Below are positions 12,401 through 25,500 of a DNA stretch of 64,000 nucleotides, piece after piece. The notes beneath the pieces are model-generated. The model saw only the letters and a program-made list of their open reading frames with translations. It had not been told where the DNA came from and did not search any database. The DNA is from Podarcis cretensis (lineage: Eukaryota), in assembly GCA_951804945.1 (NCBI GenBank), contig OX638150.1, positions 29,388,001-29,452,000 of the forward strand. The letters are read 5' to 3'. The translations under genes were made by a program, and so were the position numbers. How positions within the stretch are numbered: the stretch's first letter is position 1; each line of letters opens with the position of its first letter.

Positions 12401-15400
12401 ATTTGGGCAAAATGTAAGGGAGATGGATAAAACCAGGTCTGCTAAGAAACTGAAGGAATTACAGTCCTTGTCTGTAGTTTTCAGAGCAGAGAGATTAATG
12501 AAAAACTAGTAGAATAAGGAAGGCAAATGAGAAAATGTTGCTGAGAAAACTGTAGCCAAAGCCTGATCAGCTGAAGTTATCTTAATTCAGTCAAATGACT
12601 GTATTTTATTGAGAATTTACTATTTTATGTACAATGCTTAAGGGTTTCTTTTTCTTTTTATAATGCAGTTTATAAAATTTCTTCAATAAATAATTTTGAT
12701 TACAGAGAATGGCTATTTAAGTGTAAAAATCTAGTCGGAGGGCCTTAAACTTTGGTTATAACTAATTCTCTACTCCCTGCATCACCACAATTGCTGGTCT
12801 GAGGATGTAACAGAGCCTGCTAAGCAGCAGCATTCAGGTAACTGGGATCTGGATCTTGTTAGGTAACCCTATAGTCTATCTCATGCTGCTCTTCCCTACA
12901 TGACTTCCTTAGTCTCCAGCTGCAGCATTTCATAATGAGGACTCAACATGGGGCTTCCCTACTGTAGTTCAGATCCTTCCGCTCTCTCTTGTGATACTTC
13001 AAATATCTGACCTGCATGCCCCGTCTCTCTTAGAACTTTCCCTTCATTTAGGGTTCATTATATCTCTCTTGTTTCTGGAACCTTGTAATTTAATTAAAGA
13101 CCTAATAGCCTTCATAGTGTAACCAATGGCTGGTTACAGCCTGTGGAGCTGACAGTATAAAAAAAGGCAAAGGAAAACATAGTACAAAAAAAGAATAGTG
13201 AGCAGGGCTTTAAGTTGCACCAACTTCTGGTTTGTGCAAGGAGAAGACTCTACAGCTGTACTGCCAAACAAAACGGCAACGAAGACACAGCAATAAAAAG
13301 ACTGAAGATGAAAGCACCAATATTTGATTCCTTGTATGCATCCAGCTAATGGAGCTGGTGAAAGCTAATGGAGACTGGTGAAGATCCACTTGAAGGCTGA
13401 GTGTTTACAGCCCATCTGCAACACGCACAGCTGAAAAGTACAGACCATGTTCTAAGATCTGATTCCAAAAAAAGCTGTGGGTGCAGAAGAGAAACTAATA
13501 CCTCACAGACAGTCAGATCTGGAAAGCCAAAGGTCAATACCAAATGCTACAAAATGAAGAACTACAGAGAAAAGCACTCCAGCTGTCACTCCCTAGTGTT
13601 AAGCTGTCAGAGATGTGGCAGGATCCTCAGGAAGCATCTGCAGCACCACTTAGAGAGGGCAGAACCAGGGTTAAAATATCCAAGAGAGGCAAAGCTTCAA
13701 ATTATTACTCAACATAAGGAAACATTCTAAAAAAACACAGACAAAAAAAAACACATAAGGAAACATTTTGATTAAAAATAAGTCTTCAGGTTTACTGTAA
13801 ATTAATGTATGTGACATCTAATCATGAAATGATTTATTCCATGTTCTTAATTCCTGCTGCCCTTTATTTATCTTATAGAAATTGCTTTTATTGTATTTTC
13901 TTTTATATCCATTAGTGTGCATTAAAAGTAAGTGAATCAATATAAAAGTAATGAATGGAATAATAAACAATGTGAAAGGTTCATTTCAGGGTATAAAATA
14001 TGCAATTAATAAGATGTTAAACTTGCTGAGGGGACAGAGACAGAGCACTTAGTGATATTAACTGTATTTATTTTTTGGGTAGCAGATTGCTGCTGCTCTT
14101 TCTTGATTGGTCCAGCTGCTCCTAATATTACTCTCATTCATATGTTGACCCAGCTAAATATTATTCTCATTCACATGCAATGCTAAGCTGACCCATGGCT
14201 GAGCATGAACAAGCAAACCTATGGGCTTCCAGAGATGAGATGATGGTCAGTTGACTCTTCCCTGGTCTAGGTCTCCCAGACAATCACGAGCTGTTTAAAC
14301 CATAGGAGACACCTTGGTTATAGCTTGTGGTTTGTCTGGGAGAGCTAAGCCATGAGCCTGGGGTATGAATGACACACTAAACCATACTATGGATTAGCTC
14401 AGCATAGTGCAGCATCAAAATGACCAAGGAGGAGCAATGTGGTTATAGCCTCCTCTCTGGGAGCCCATGTGTTTCCTTGTTCATGCTCAGCCATGGTTTG
14501 CCTTAGCATTACACACAAACTAGGCCATTGTCTCCTACTTGATCGGTTCAGCAACCCTAATATTATCTGCCCTAACAGTATTGCTTCTGCAGCAGCTGTC
14601 CAAGGCTTCAGGCAGAGGCTTTAACAAACTTGCTACCTGGGATCCTTTGGACTGAATAGGCTAACCTGAGACACCATCTGCATGTGCTATGCCATTAGGC
14701 CTTATGGTGTGCTGCATATGCCTTTTGCATTGGGACAAAGGAAGTAAGAACAACTAAATCAGGACAGATTTAAGCCAGACCATGGAGAAAATCTAATAGC
14801 AGATCCTGAGTGTGCCAGCATAATCAGTACGCACATCAGTAATGTAGAATCCCAACAGTTGAGTTTAACGAAGCTGCCTGTGTGCTGAAGTAATCGAGGA
14901 AACGCAACAAACTTCTCAAAAGGATTAAACAGGATGAGACAGCACCATGATTCATCCTTCAGCTTCTTCAATGAGTTCTGACCACAGCAGTGCCTGATGC
15001 TGAGGTGCTGGATGGAATACCTGTGCCTACTGCTACATTTTATTTTAGTGATGAGAAACTTGCTCGACCTCAGAGGGCTACTGTTACTAGAAACATCCTG
15101 GAACTGTTCTGCATCTTTTTTTCCAGTCCTTCAGGAACAGAGGTACATGCAAGAAGGAGGAAAGGGTGTCCTTAAGTAACAAAAAGATGAACCCAAGCCA
15201 ACATCTGTAAGATGCCCATGCTATGCAAATCAAGACCCCAAAGTTAGAACTGACCTTCAGAGAGCTGCTTTTGTTGTGAGAAGTACAGAGTTTAGACTTT
15301 TATCCGCAATCATTCATCTCTCCGTTTCCTGGTACATAAATCATTTGTCAAGCTTCTGCTGGCATTCTTAAGAACACCATTCATGATCCTATTCCCTACA

Positions 15401-18400
15401 GATGTTCTTTGGGTTCTTAGTGTTAGTGTTTCAGTATAAATGTTTATCACCCACTGTAAAGTACAAGCCTTATAGTGAGTATGCCACTCACTCTTGAACA
15501 GAATCATGGAGTGTGCCTGATGTATGACTAGAAAGGATCACATTTTACATATGCACCCACTGCAAGAGGGTGATTCAAATAGGCTAGTGCTGTGAAGGCC
15601 AGTTACTCCAACCTAGCCAATACTCTGTCTGCTGAACAGCTGTCTTACAATAGACTACTGCCTTCCATGTTAGTTTATTAGTTAATTTATAATTAATCAA
15701 TGCTCAAAGCATTGTACTACATAGGTTCCTAGCTGCTCTCATATCTAGTCACAAATTGACCCAGGTCTTGGCTTTAGTAAGGTCGTTGAATCATGGCTCT
15801 TTAGGCTGTGCAAGCTGAATTAATCTAAAACTGAAGTGCATAATCTTTTGCTGAAACATCAAACTACATACTGCATGCTGTTGAGAGTCAATATGGCTTG
15901 CTAGGCTGATCTAATTGATGTGGAACATGCCCAGTTCCAGGTAAAATTCCAATCCCTTTTTGAATCTTGTGAGAAGCACCTTTGTTTGAAAGATAAGATA
16001 ATTATCTAATGTCAGGTGGGGCCTACCAAAATAATTTCAGAGTCAAATAGATTCTCATCTGGCAAGAGAAACTACTTCAACCAGCTTCCAGGAAAAACAG
16101 AAGTTATAACATTTGCTGCCCCTTCTTTGGGGGTGGAAAAGCATTACCTCTTACAGCATTATATTTTCTTTCAATTCTGTATACAAGGAAGAAGTTCTCT
16201 GGAAACAAACTATGACTTAGTGGTAGTAAATTATAGTCTGCTGTCCTTTGAATGGGGTAATAAATAAACACAGTGCTCCTCCACCATATTTATGAAGCAT
16301 GAGGAATGGATTTATGCACAGAAAATTGCTAGATGGGGAAATAATTCTGCATAGCAATAAGCCCAGAACATGCAATACAATCTATCCCTTGGTGTTTTTT
16401 AAGCATTTTGTCTCAGTAGCAAGTCTTGCTCTAGCCAGTTACTTCCTACCTTTTACTTTACAGCTATCAGATAAGTATTTCTGTTTAAGATTAGGATCCC
16501 TGTCTCCAGTGTTGTTACCTGTCATGCCAGGCCCTGATCCCACCTTGGTCCCCATCTAGATCAATGACCTAAGTGAGTAGACAAAGCCCCACAATGCCAG
16601 GGCCCTGAGGTCTGTGAAAGGGCCTCCAAGGGATGTATTAGGGGCCTCCAAGGGATGTATTAGAAGATTCCTTGGAGTGGATTCCTGATCCAGCTTGGCT
16701 AACTCAAGTGAGGGAGGTTGAATCATCACCTAGTTCTTTGGAAACACCAGCAGCAGAAGGTCCAAGCCCTGGCAGCTGGTCAACATTGGAGTCCATGCCT
16801 GAGAGTCAATGTGACAACAGAACTCTTGCATAAAGGGCTCTTTCTGAGTAACAACCTTCCTCAACAATAAAGGCTCTTAGAGCAGACTCAAGCACCTGAA
16901 CTGGTATTGGGCCTGGCCTGAGACACTAGGCTATACAGTGGTACCTCGAGTTACAAACACCTCCGGTTACAAACACTTCAGGTTACAAACTCCGCTAACC
17001 TGGAAGAATTACCTCGAGTTGAGAACTTTGGAATGGAAATCGTGTGCTGGCAGCGCAGCGGCAGCAAGAGGCCCCATTAGTGAAAGCACACCTCTAATTA
17101 AGAACAGATTCAGGATAAGAATGGACCTGCAGAACGAATTAAGTTCGTAACTAGAGGTGCCACTGCATATCAAGCTTCACTTGGTCTGCTAGTTACTGGA
17201 AACAACACAAGCCAGCCAGCTCCCTCCTCCCAGACCCAACTCCTTTGCCTGCCTTGCTTTCTTAAGAATCTCTTCAGTTTTTGACCCCTAGACTCCTGCT
17301 TATTAATGCTGACCCTTGATTACATTTGGATCCAGATTGGATTTCTCTGACCTTGGTTTGACCTGAGCCTTGCTTTCTGGACTCTCTTTCCAAACGTTTG
17401 GTGATATTGTGTGTGGGACTAAGGCTGCAGTGGGTTCCACTGGGGACCTGCCTCCACTTAGCTCATAAACTCCAGCCAGAGCATGGCATGATTTTATTTA
17501 GGATCCTTAACTTTAAAGTGAAGGCTGAGCATTCAGAAGATAATGCCACAAATTTATGGGTGACCCTTCCCAAAAGCCAATAGAAGCTGACTTAGAACAC
17601 AGTGCCCTCACTCACAGGATTAAGCCATGTAAGAAAGGGAGCAGAGTAAATTTTGCACTCCCGTTTGTGTACATATAATGACTCACAATGCACTGCATCA
17701 AGCGTTAAATTTGTGGGGCTTTGCTTTCTTTGAGGTACCACTCCTACAATATTATGCAGTTCCCACACTCAGCTCTTCCAGTCAGGTGGGCCGCAACCTG
17801 AAATGGTTGATCATCATCAGAAGAATGTATCTAATTTGAGGAGGATTAGATTGTTTTTCCTGACTGAAGTTTGCTGTGACCAAGTTTGAAAACCCTTGCT
17901 CTAAGGAACAAGGTTACCCGTTCATCCGCTCTCCCATCTTGGGAGCAGGAATTAATTGCAGAGTAGAAATGCCAAAGTGAAGAGCTCAAATCTCATCACT
18001 GTTTAAATACCAGAGACAGATTTTTAAACAAGAGAGGGCAAAATACTGTTTTGACAGGAAAATGTCGCATAAATATTCAGAGGCCCTTGTTCCTTTTCAT
18101 TTCGTTTTCTTTTACCTGACACTCATGATGTTGCCTTCAGGATGTTTCTGCAAATACGCTTTCACCACCCAGGCTGTGTGCTCTCGATAGGTCATCACTC
18201 GGCTACAAGAGAGAGACGAAACTTTGTAAGACAAAGCTGGAAAAAGGCCATAAACCAACTCATGAACCATAAATGTGAAAGGGAAATCATCTCCTTGCTG
18301 TGGCTAGGTTCCCAGTTAGGTAAGTTGCAAGACTTTGAACCAGAGATTTTGAGTACGGGCATTATATTTTGCAACTGCATGTTCCAACATGTGCCCTGTG

Positions 18401-19484
18401 TCAGATAAAGCATAAGAGGAAATGAGAGGGGAGGAGAAAAGGTAGGAGGGAATGACCCCATGTTTTTGCTCTAGGACATAATAAGTAAATGTCTTAGTAA
18501 AAACTTAGCTCTGATGTCTTTTACAACGTATGTATTTCAGGAAGAAGAAAAATCAATGCAATATTCTTCTCCCCTTCTTTAAAAAACAAAACAAAACTGT
18601 AAAAATTTATTTCTCTTGCAGCTCAAGTTGATAAAAATTGCATCACCTCATAGCATTTGTTTCCAGGTCATAGCTTTTTTGAAATGAGTAGGTGAGAAAT
18701 ATAGAGTCCGACAGGTAATCCCTGAGCAAATGGTGATAGAAGGTTATGGTAGGGTTTGAATAACGTTGGTGCTAGAGGACACATGGAGCCTTGAATTGAG
18801 GTAAGTTATCATGAGTGCTTAACCACAGAGCCATCAAATGATAGACGCGCTTCACACAATTGCAGGGGGTTGGACTAGATGACTATCGTGGTTCTTTCCA
18901 ACTCTACAATTCTATGATTCTATTTAGACAATAATGTACAGATTTTAGAAATTAAGACCCTCGGGATTGTGCCCCTTGTTTAATGTAATCTACAAAATAT
19001 GGGAAGACATCTTCTTAAGGTGCTGCAAACCAGAAAGACAGGATGCGATGGGGGAAAGAGCCTCTTACCAGAGAAGATTCATATAGCACAATTTCCACTA
19101 TGCCATCACAAAGTTTTTTTAAAAGAGAAGTTCTGCAGTGGTGCAAGGGAAATTGCCCAAACATTAGAAATGGACTCACCACCCCCCACTCTGCACTCCC
19201 TGGAAAAAATGGGTGCATTCTTTGGGTTGCATTCAACCACGTTGAACTTCATGCACAGAACAACTCCAGTGAGTGCAATGGAACTTCCCCTTCCTCTCCT
19301 ACCATGCCATGTGATCCCCAGATTTGCTCTAGGGATTCCCCTATCTCTCTAGAGCATACCTGGGAGTAGAGTAGGGCTGAATGGGACCTGGAGAGGGAAA
19401 GGAAGTTCCACTGCACTTGCACGCACACAATAATTTAGCTGGATTCAACCTAATATCCTTTTCACATTACGTTTTCACACATGC

Positions 19485-19535
<51 letters not shown>

Positions 19536-22500
19536 TAAAAAAAAAAAAAAGGATGGGGGTTCCAAGAACAGCCAGATCTCTAGTGTGTTTGGAGGCATTG
19601 AAACAACGGCAAGAATAGTAGTAGTGAATGCAAAGTGAATGCAACTTGCTAGTTGTAAAAATTAGATAAGTCTCTTACCATTCGCTCAGAGCCATCCGCC
19701 GGTCATAAACACGAACTGAACCATCACCAAGCCCTGCTACAATGAGCGAACGATGCGAGTCACAGGACAGGCTGGTGACACAGCTGTCAGCCCCTGTGGG
19801 AATATCCTAGGAGAGAAAAACACAGTCCTAAGCTAAGACAGCTGGGAGATTTTAAGTGCACTGGCCATATATATAGCCCAGTGTTACCCCTGTAGTGGGG
19901 TCCACACATGAGCACTGATGCTGAATAATGGTAACAAGGTGGTTGTGACAGCTTTACCATGCAGGCTCAGATTTTGGCTTAAGACTGGGGGTGAACAAAT
20001 TGCCTCTGGAAACAAACTAACTTCTGGTAGTGAAAAGGGCTGAAGTTTTTAATGAAGACATCAAGGACACCTATTCTGAGCTGCAGCATCAGGCTAATTG
20101 GTTCTTTTCTTCAAGCAAAGAGGAAGGCATAAATATTATCAGAACAGCATCATCTCCATGGTGAGATTCAGGAACTTGTGTGGGTCTATGCCTTATTATG
20201 TATTAAAATTTCTATATTGAATAATACTAATTTTAATAAAAAATGTCTTAGGTCTGTTTCACATGGTTTAAATCAGGGTTCAGCAAACTTTTTCAGCAGG
20301 AGGCCGGTCCACTGTCCCTCAGACCTTGTGGGGGGGCCGGACTATATTTTGAAAAAAAATAAATGAACGAAATTCTTATGCCCCACAAATAACCCAGAGA
20401 TGCATTTTAAATAAAAGGACACATTCTACTCATGTAAAAACACGTCGATTCCTGGACCATCTGCAGGCTGGATTTAGAAGGCAATTGGGCCAGATCTGGC
20501 CCTTGGGTCTTTGTTTGCCTACCCATGGTTTGTTTTGGAAAATGTAATCTGGGCTACTTTACACCTATATGCATACTGGTATATATGAAAATTGGGTCAT
20601 GAATTTCCTTTTGACTGTGGTATATATTTCACACAAGTGTTCATCAACTTCCTGATGTGTCTACTCACTAAAGCAAACCTTTGCATTGGAACAAGTAGCA
20701 TGTGATCTTAGCCCTTCAGTTTGAAGGGAAGCCCTGATTAACCACATTAAAAAGTCCTAATTAACTAAGATAAATGTCCAGGAGGAGATTCTTTTCCGCA
20801 AAAACATATTTGTCCCTGACCAGCCATAAATACTACATTGAAGGGCAGGATGGATAGATGAGTGCTGTTTAAACAAACACACACCATTTCCCTGGAGAGA
20901 AATAAATCTGCTCCAGCTGAAAATACACCTGGCAGCTAACTAGTTCATGTAAGAGAGGTATGAGAGGTATGGCAGCCATTGCTTTCTAAATAAGTACCTA
21001 TTAAAGGAAGAACTCTGCAGGGCAACAGCTGTTTATTGGGCATTAGATCAGGCCACAAATGCCACAAAAGCAGATTAAATATATATTTAAGAGCAGAAAG
21101 CACTAAGAAGGGAACTAACAGCAGGAAGGCCTGGTGAGAAGGAGACACTTCTTATGCACCCAGTCAAATAGCAAAGGTGAATTACTAAAAGTGGCAGAAC
21201 TACAAAGAGAACTGCAAATGCAACTAGCCTTTCTACTTCACATTTTTTTGTGCAGTTTTTTAAGGGTGATTATAAAAGTACATAGCCTGCCATGAACTCT
21301 AAAGCCCTGCATTTCCTCTGGGGAGAAAGACGTTACCAAAAAGTGTTTCCTTTTAAATGATGGAAGCTGTTCCACTTTGACACGCTGCTGCTCCCCAAGC
21401 CTTGCAGCAAAAAGGTTTAGAGCCCTTTATAATCTCTTTGGAGTCAGGAATTCTCCCTCATATTTTTATGGAAAGTAAACTGTGCAAGATGAAACATTGC
21501 ATGCCCATGGTCAAAGTTGAAATAGAAACCTGGAGTCCTGACAGGCTGCAACAAGATTCTATGCTGCATGTGTTCATGCTCTGCAGAAAAATGGTAAGAA
21601 CAGAAACCAAGGGCAGTGTACTTTATGAAAGAACAACTCTGGAAAATAATAAACACAAAGAGCAATGCTGGTATATTGTTGGAAAGACACCCGACAACGT
21701 TATTCTAAGGCTATAGCCCTTTCCTCTTTATGTGCTACGCATAACAGAACTGCGTGGAATAATAAGAGTGCAGCTGTGAAAAAGAAAAACAGTTTCAATT
21801 AAGCAACCAAAAAATTGAGCAACATTTTCAAACTAGCATAATAATCAGAACTGGCTCTGCAAAATTATGTTAGCTAATTTCACACCTCCTTCCTATTTTT
21901 GCTCCTGTGAGCCTATCCGCCTTCTCTTGATGTTATTTTTTGCATTTGCTTCATAAAAAAAATTAGATTAACAGTTTACTGGAGATAAAAATCTGGCAAT
22001 CCTAGACTGAAATGGAACTGTAGTTGCATAGAGGCTCTGCAAGTTAAGATACTTTTGTGTCTCCAAATCAACTCTCTTGTAGACTTGCAGAGGGTTGAGA
22101 AAGGGCCACAATGGTGTCTATTAAATTCTTTCAAATCAGACTATAATCCAGATTAGAGTTCCATCCACAGCATGCCACAGGCAAAGAGCAGAATCTGTGG
22201 ATAAAAGGTGCTTAAGGAACAAATAGTTCCAGTTGACTGACATTACTGAGTGAAGTTTCAGGTTGCAAAGGAAAGCAATTTTGCCTTGAGCGGCGGCGGG
22301 AGTATTTCTGCAATCTGTTTGCCAACAAGATCTTTTCTGCACCTAATGTTGCATGTAGAATTCCAGCTCCATCCAACAGCTGAGTTTAGTAATATGTAAA
22401 CAGCATCTTGGCAGCTATTCAGGTAACTTGTCAATTTGGAACATGATGACACTTGGGGGAAGTGAGTGAATTTTCTACCATGAAGCTCATATGCAAATTA

Positions 22501-25500
22501 GTGTTCCATCCAATTAGTGGAGTGGAGCCTTGAACTAGAAGTCTGGCAAGTGGACCCAGGCACCTTTCTCATTGTGGTAACCTGCCAAATGAGAAAGTGT
22601 TCAGATTTGACCTGTTATTTGCACTAACAGCCAGTATCGGTAAGGATTGGATGTCTCAATAGGCCAAGAGGATTCCCTCTGGTCCCAAGAAGCTTCCAAG
22701 TCTACCCTGGCTCCGCAGCATGAGAAAACCAATGCACAGATGCACTGCTTTCACGGTGCTCATCCCTGCTTACCCATGTGCCAATTTGATTTCCTGTTTG
22801 AACCCTTAGCTTGGCTTAGTTGGTGCCTGCTTGCTGCAGACCACCATTCTTGGCAGATATCTAATAACCCAGATGAGCTATGGCAGCAGTAGCTAACCCC
22901 CAAGCACTCTCCCAAGTCCTTGGCAGCAAAAAGAAGGGGGAGGGTCAAATTAAACACAGTGTTGGGGCAAACAGATAGGTTTAAGCTTCTCCCCATCCCC
23001 CAGTCCAGTTCCCTGATGGAGATGCAAACTGTGTCCACCCTGGTGATCAGGTCAATCATTTAATGGACGGGGAGGGGGCATGGCCTTGCTGTGAAGACAG
23101 CATCACACATGTGAGTGTGGTCTAGCTGCACCTGCTGCTGCCTTGCAGTTTTGGGAGGGTTGGGTCAAGAGTGAATGCAGACCTTGGGCCAAAAAAAGTC
23201 ATCCACTCCTGGGATGCAGACTAGTTCAGTTGAGATTTTATTGTACCAACTGTGCTAGATCATCACAGCTGTTGAATCAATAGAAGTGTCATTCCAAATT
23301 CTCTCTTTCTGCAAGGAAACCATTAAACTATTAACAAACTATTCTAAAATTGCCCCTCACATCTGTTTCAAGTATATAAGCCCATGCACCCACCCTTAAT
23401 CTATGATGATTCTCACCATCTCCTACCAACCTAGTACCCAACATATACTCAGTGGCTCAAATAATGGGCAGTGGAATTTCTGAATATGACTACTATGTTT
23501 CTGCTGCTCTGGGTTTTGCAGTATGATTAAGTCTTGATCCCCCGAATCACTGCAAAAACCAATTTGCACTGTTTAAGAAATAAAATGCCTTTAAGATGCT
23601 CTCCGTACAATCATTAATCATTCTAATTTAAAATATTTTCACCCTGCTGATTTCTGATGTTCTCTAATTTGCACAGATAAAATAATATTTGAAAATAATT
23701 AAGATTAGCATAGGCTTAGTTGTGCTGCATTGCTGGGTCAAAGTGCCATAATTAATGTTCATCCAGAGGTAATTAATTTCCAAAAGATTTGTAGACTAGA
23801 CTTTATTTCCCACAGCAGCTTAGACAGAGATGTTGCCTCTCATTATGTGGCTGAAGAGGTGGCTTGATTTAATGGCAACTGATGTGAATGTACATGTTTT
23901 TTTTGCTAAGGTGAGTGGCACGATAGCTCAAGCAACAAGGCGGCTAAAACTGCTCTGTTCCTTTGTCAGTCTCCATGCCTATAGAATAGGAGGAACAAGG
24001 CCGGCTCTGTCATGATGTGAAGTGTAGTAGGTGACTTTAGGTGGCAGATAGAGAGGAATGGCGTTTGGGGGGCTGCCAAAGGCAGATAGATGTTATAAGG
24101 GACTTTTAGGCTTGCCAGCTAGTCAGTTTCTAGCACACATAGACAGGGTTGGCCCAGACACTGCTCTGTGCATTCAGTATAGTGAATTTAAATTTGCTGT
24201 CACTCAGCCTCTGCCATTGTAAGCTGGATCTTCTTAGTCCTGGCAGTGAATGACAGCCAGGAAGAAGCTTGGCTGGCTTGTTGTTCCACTGTGGGATGTG
24301 TCAGCTGCCTGCACTCCTAAAGTTTCCTTGGATCATGGTTAGAGATGCATGTGAAGAAAAGGATGGGAGCTCACCACTGCCAAGGGAGAGGAGGAATAAC
24401 AGCTCAAAGAAAAGCTACAGCCAGCAACAGCCAATCAGAACCAGCTTCCTCTGTCATTGTGTGCATGTGTGTGAATGCATACATGAGAGAAAGTGCTTGT
24501 CTGTATGCTTCTTGTCTGTGTCTGCATGAGAGATGGTATTAGTGCATCTTTGCTTCTTTTATCTGTCATGTGCACAGTGTTGGTTTTTTGCTAGAAAAAA
24601 CACATGGAATGTGCACATATATGTAAGAGAGAATGCAATTTTGCATTGTGCCTGTGTAAATGACTAATGGGTCTTTGTAACATTTCCTACATTGTTAAAT
24701 TCCTTGATCACATAATGCATGATCTGTAGTTTGAGGGCTGGTTGACTTTCTTGAGATATGTATTCTGCATGTATTTCCTTCAGTACTCTAAAAGGGATTC
24801 GCTTTAGATTGTCCTTGGAACTAGTTTCAGTGTTCCTCATATGTGAATGTCAGATGGCCTTAAAGGTAAAGGGACCCCTGACCGTTAGGTCCTGTCATGA
24901 ACGACTCTGGGGTTGTGGCGCTCATCTCACTTTACTGGCCAAGGGAGCCGGTGTACAGCTTCCAGGTCATGTGGCCAGCATGACTAAGCCACTTCTGGCA
25001 AACCAGAGCAGCGTACAGAAATGCCGTTTACCTTCCTGCCAGAGCGGTACCTATTTATTTACTTGCACTTTGATGTGCTTTCAAACTGCTAGGTTGGCAG
25101 GAGCAGGGACCGAGCCATGGGAGCTCACCCCATTGTGGGCATTCTAACCGCCGACTTTCTGATCCGCAAGCCCTAGGCTCTGTGGTTTAGACCACAGCGC
25201 CACCCGCATCCTTTCAGATGGCCTTAGGAAAACAGATTTGTCCCCATGGTCCAGATGTTCACAGGAAATGATGTTTCAAGGCTTAGGCTGAAAGTGCTTG
25301 AGGTGCACCAAGCATTTCATCTTTGCAAGGTATCTGGTACTTCAGCATGCTTTGTAAACAAAATGTATCACAGGTACACAGGCATGATTCACCCCATTTG
25401 TAAATAACCCTGGTCCCACATTCCACCCCACATAAACTTTTTGACATCCATGGAGAAGCATTTCCACAGACACCTTCCGTATGGAGTTCAGGAATTATCT

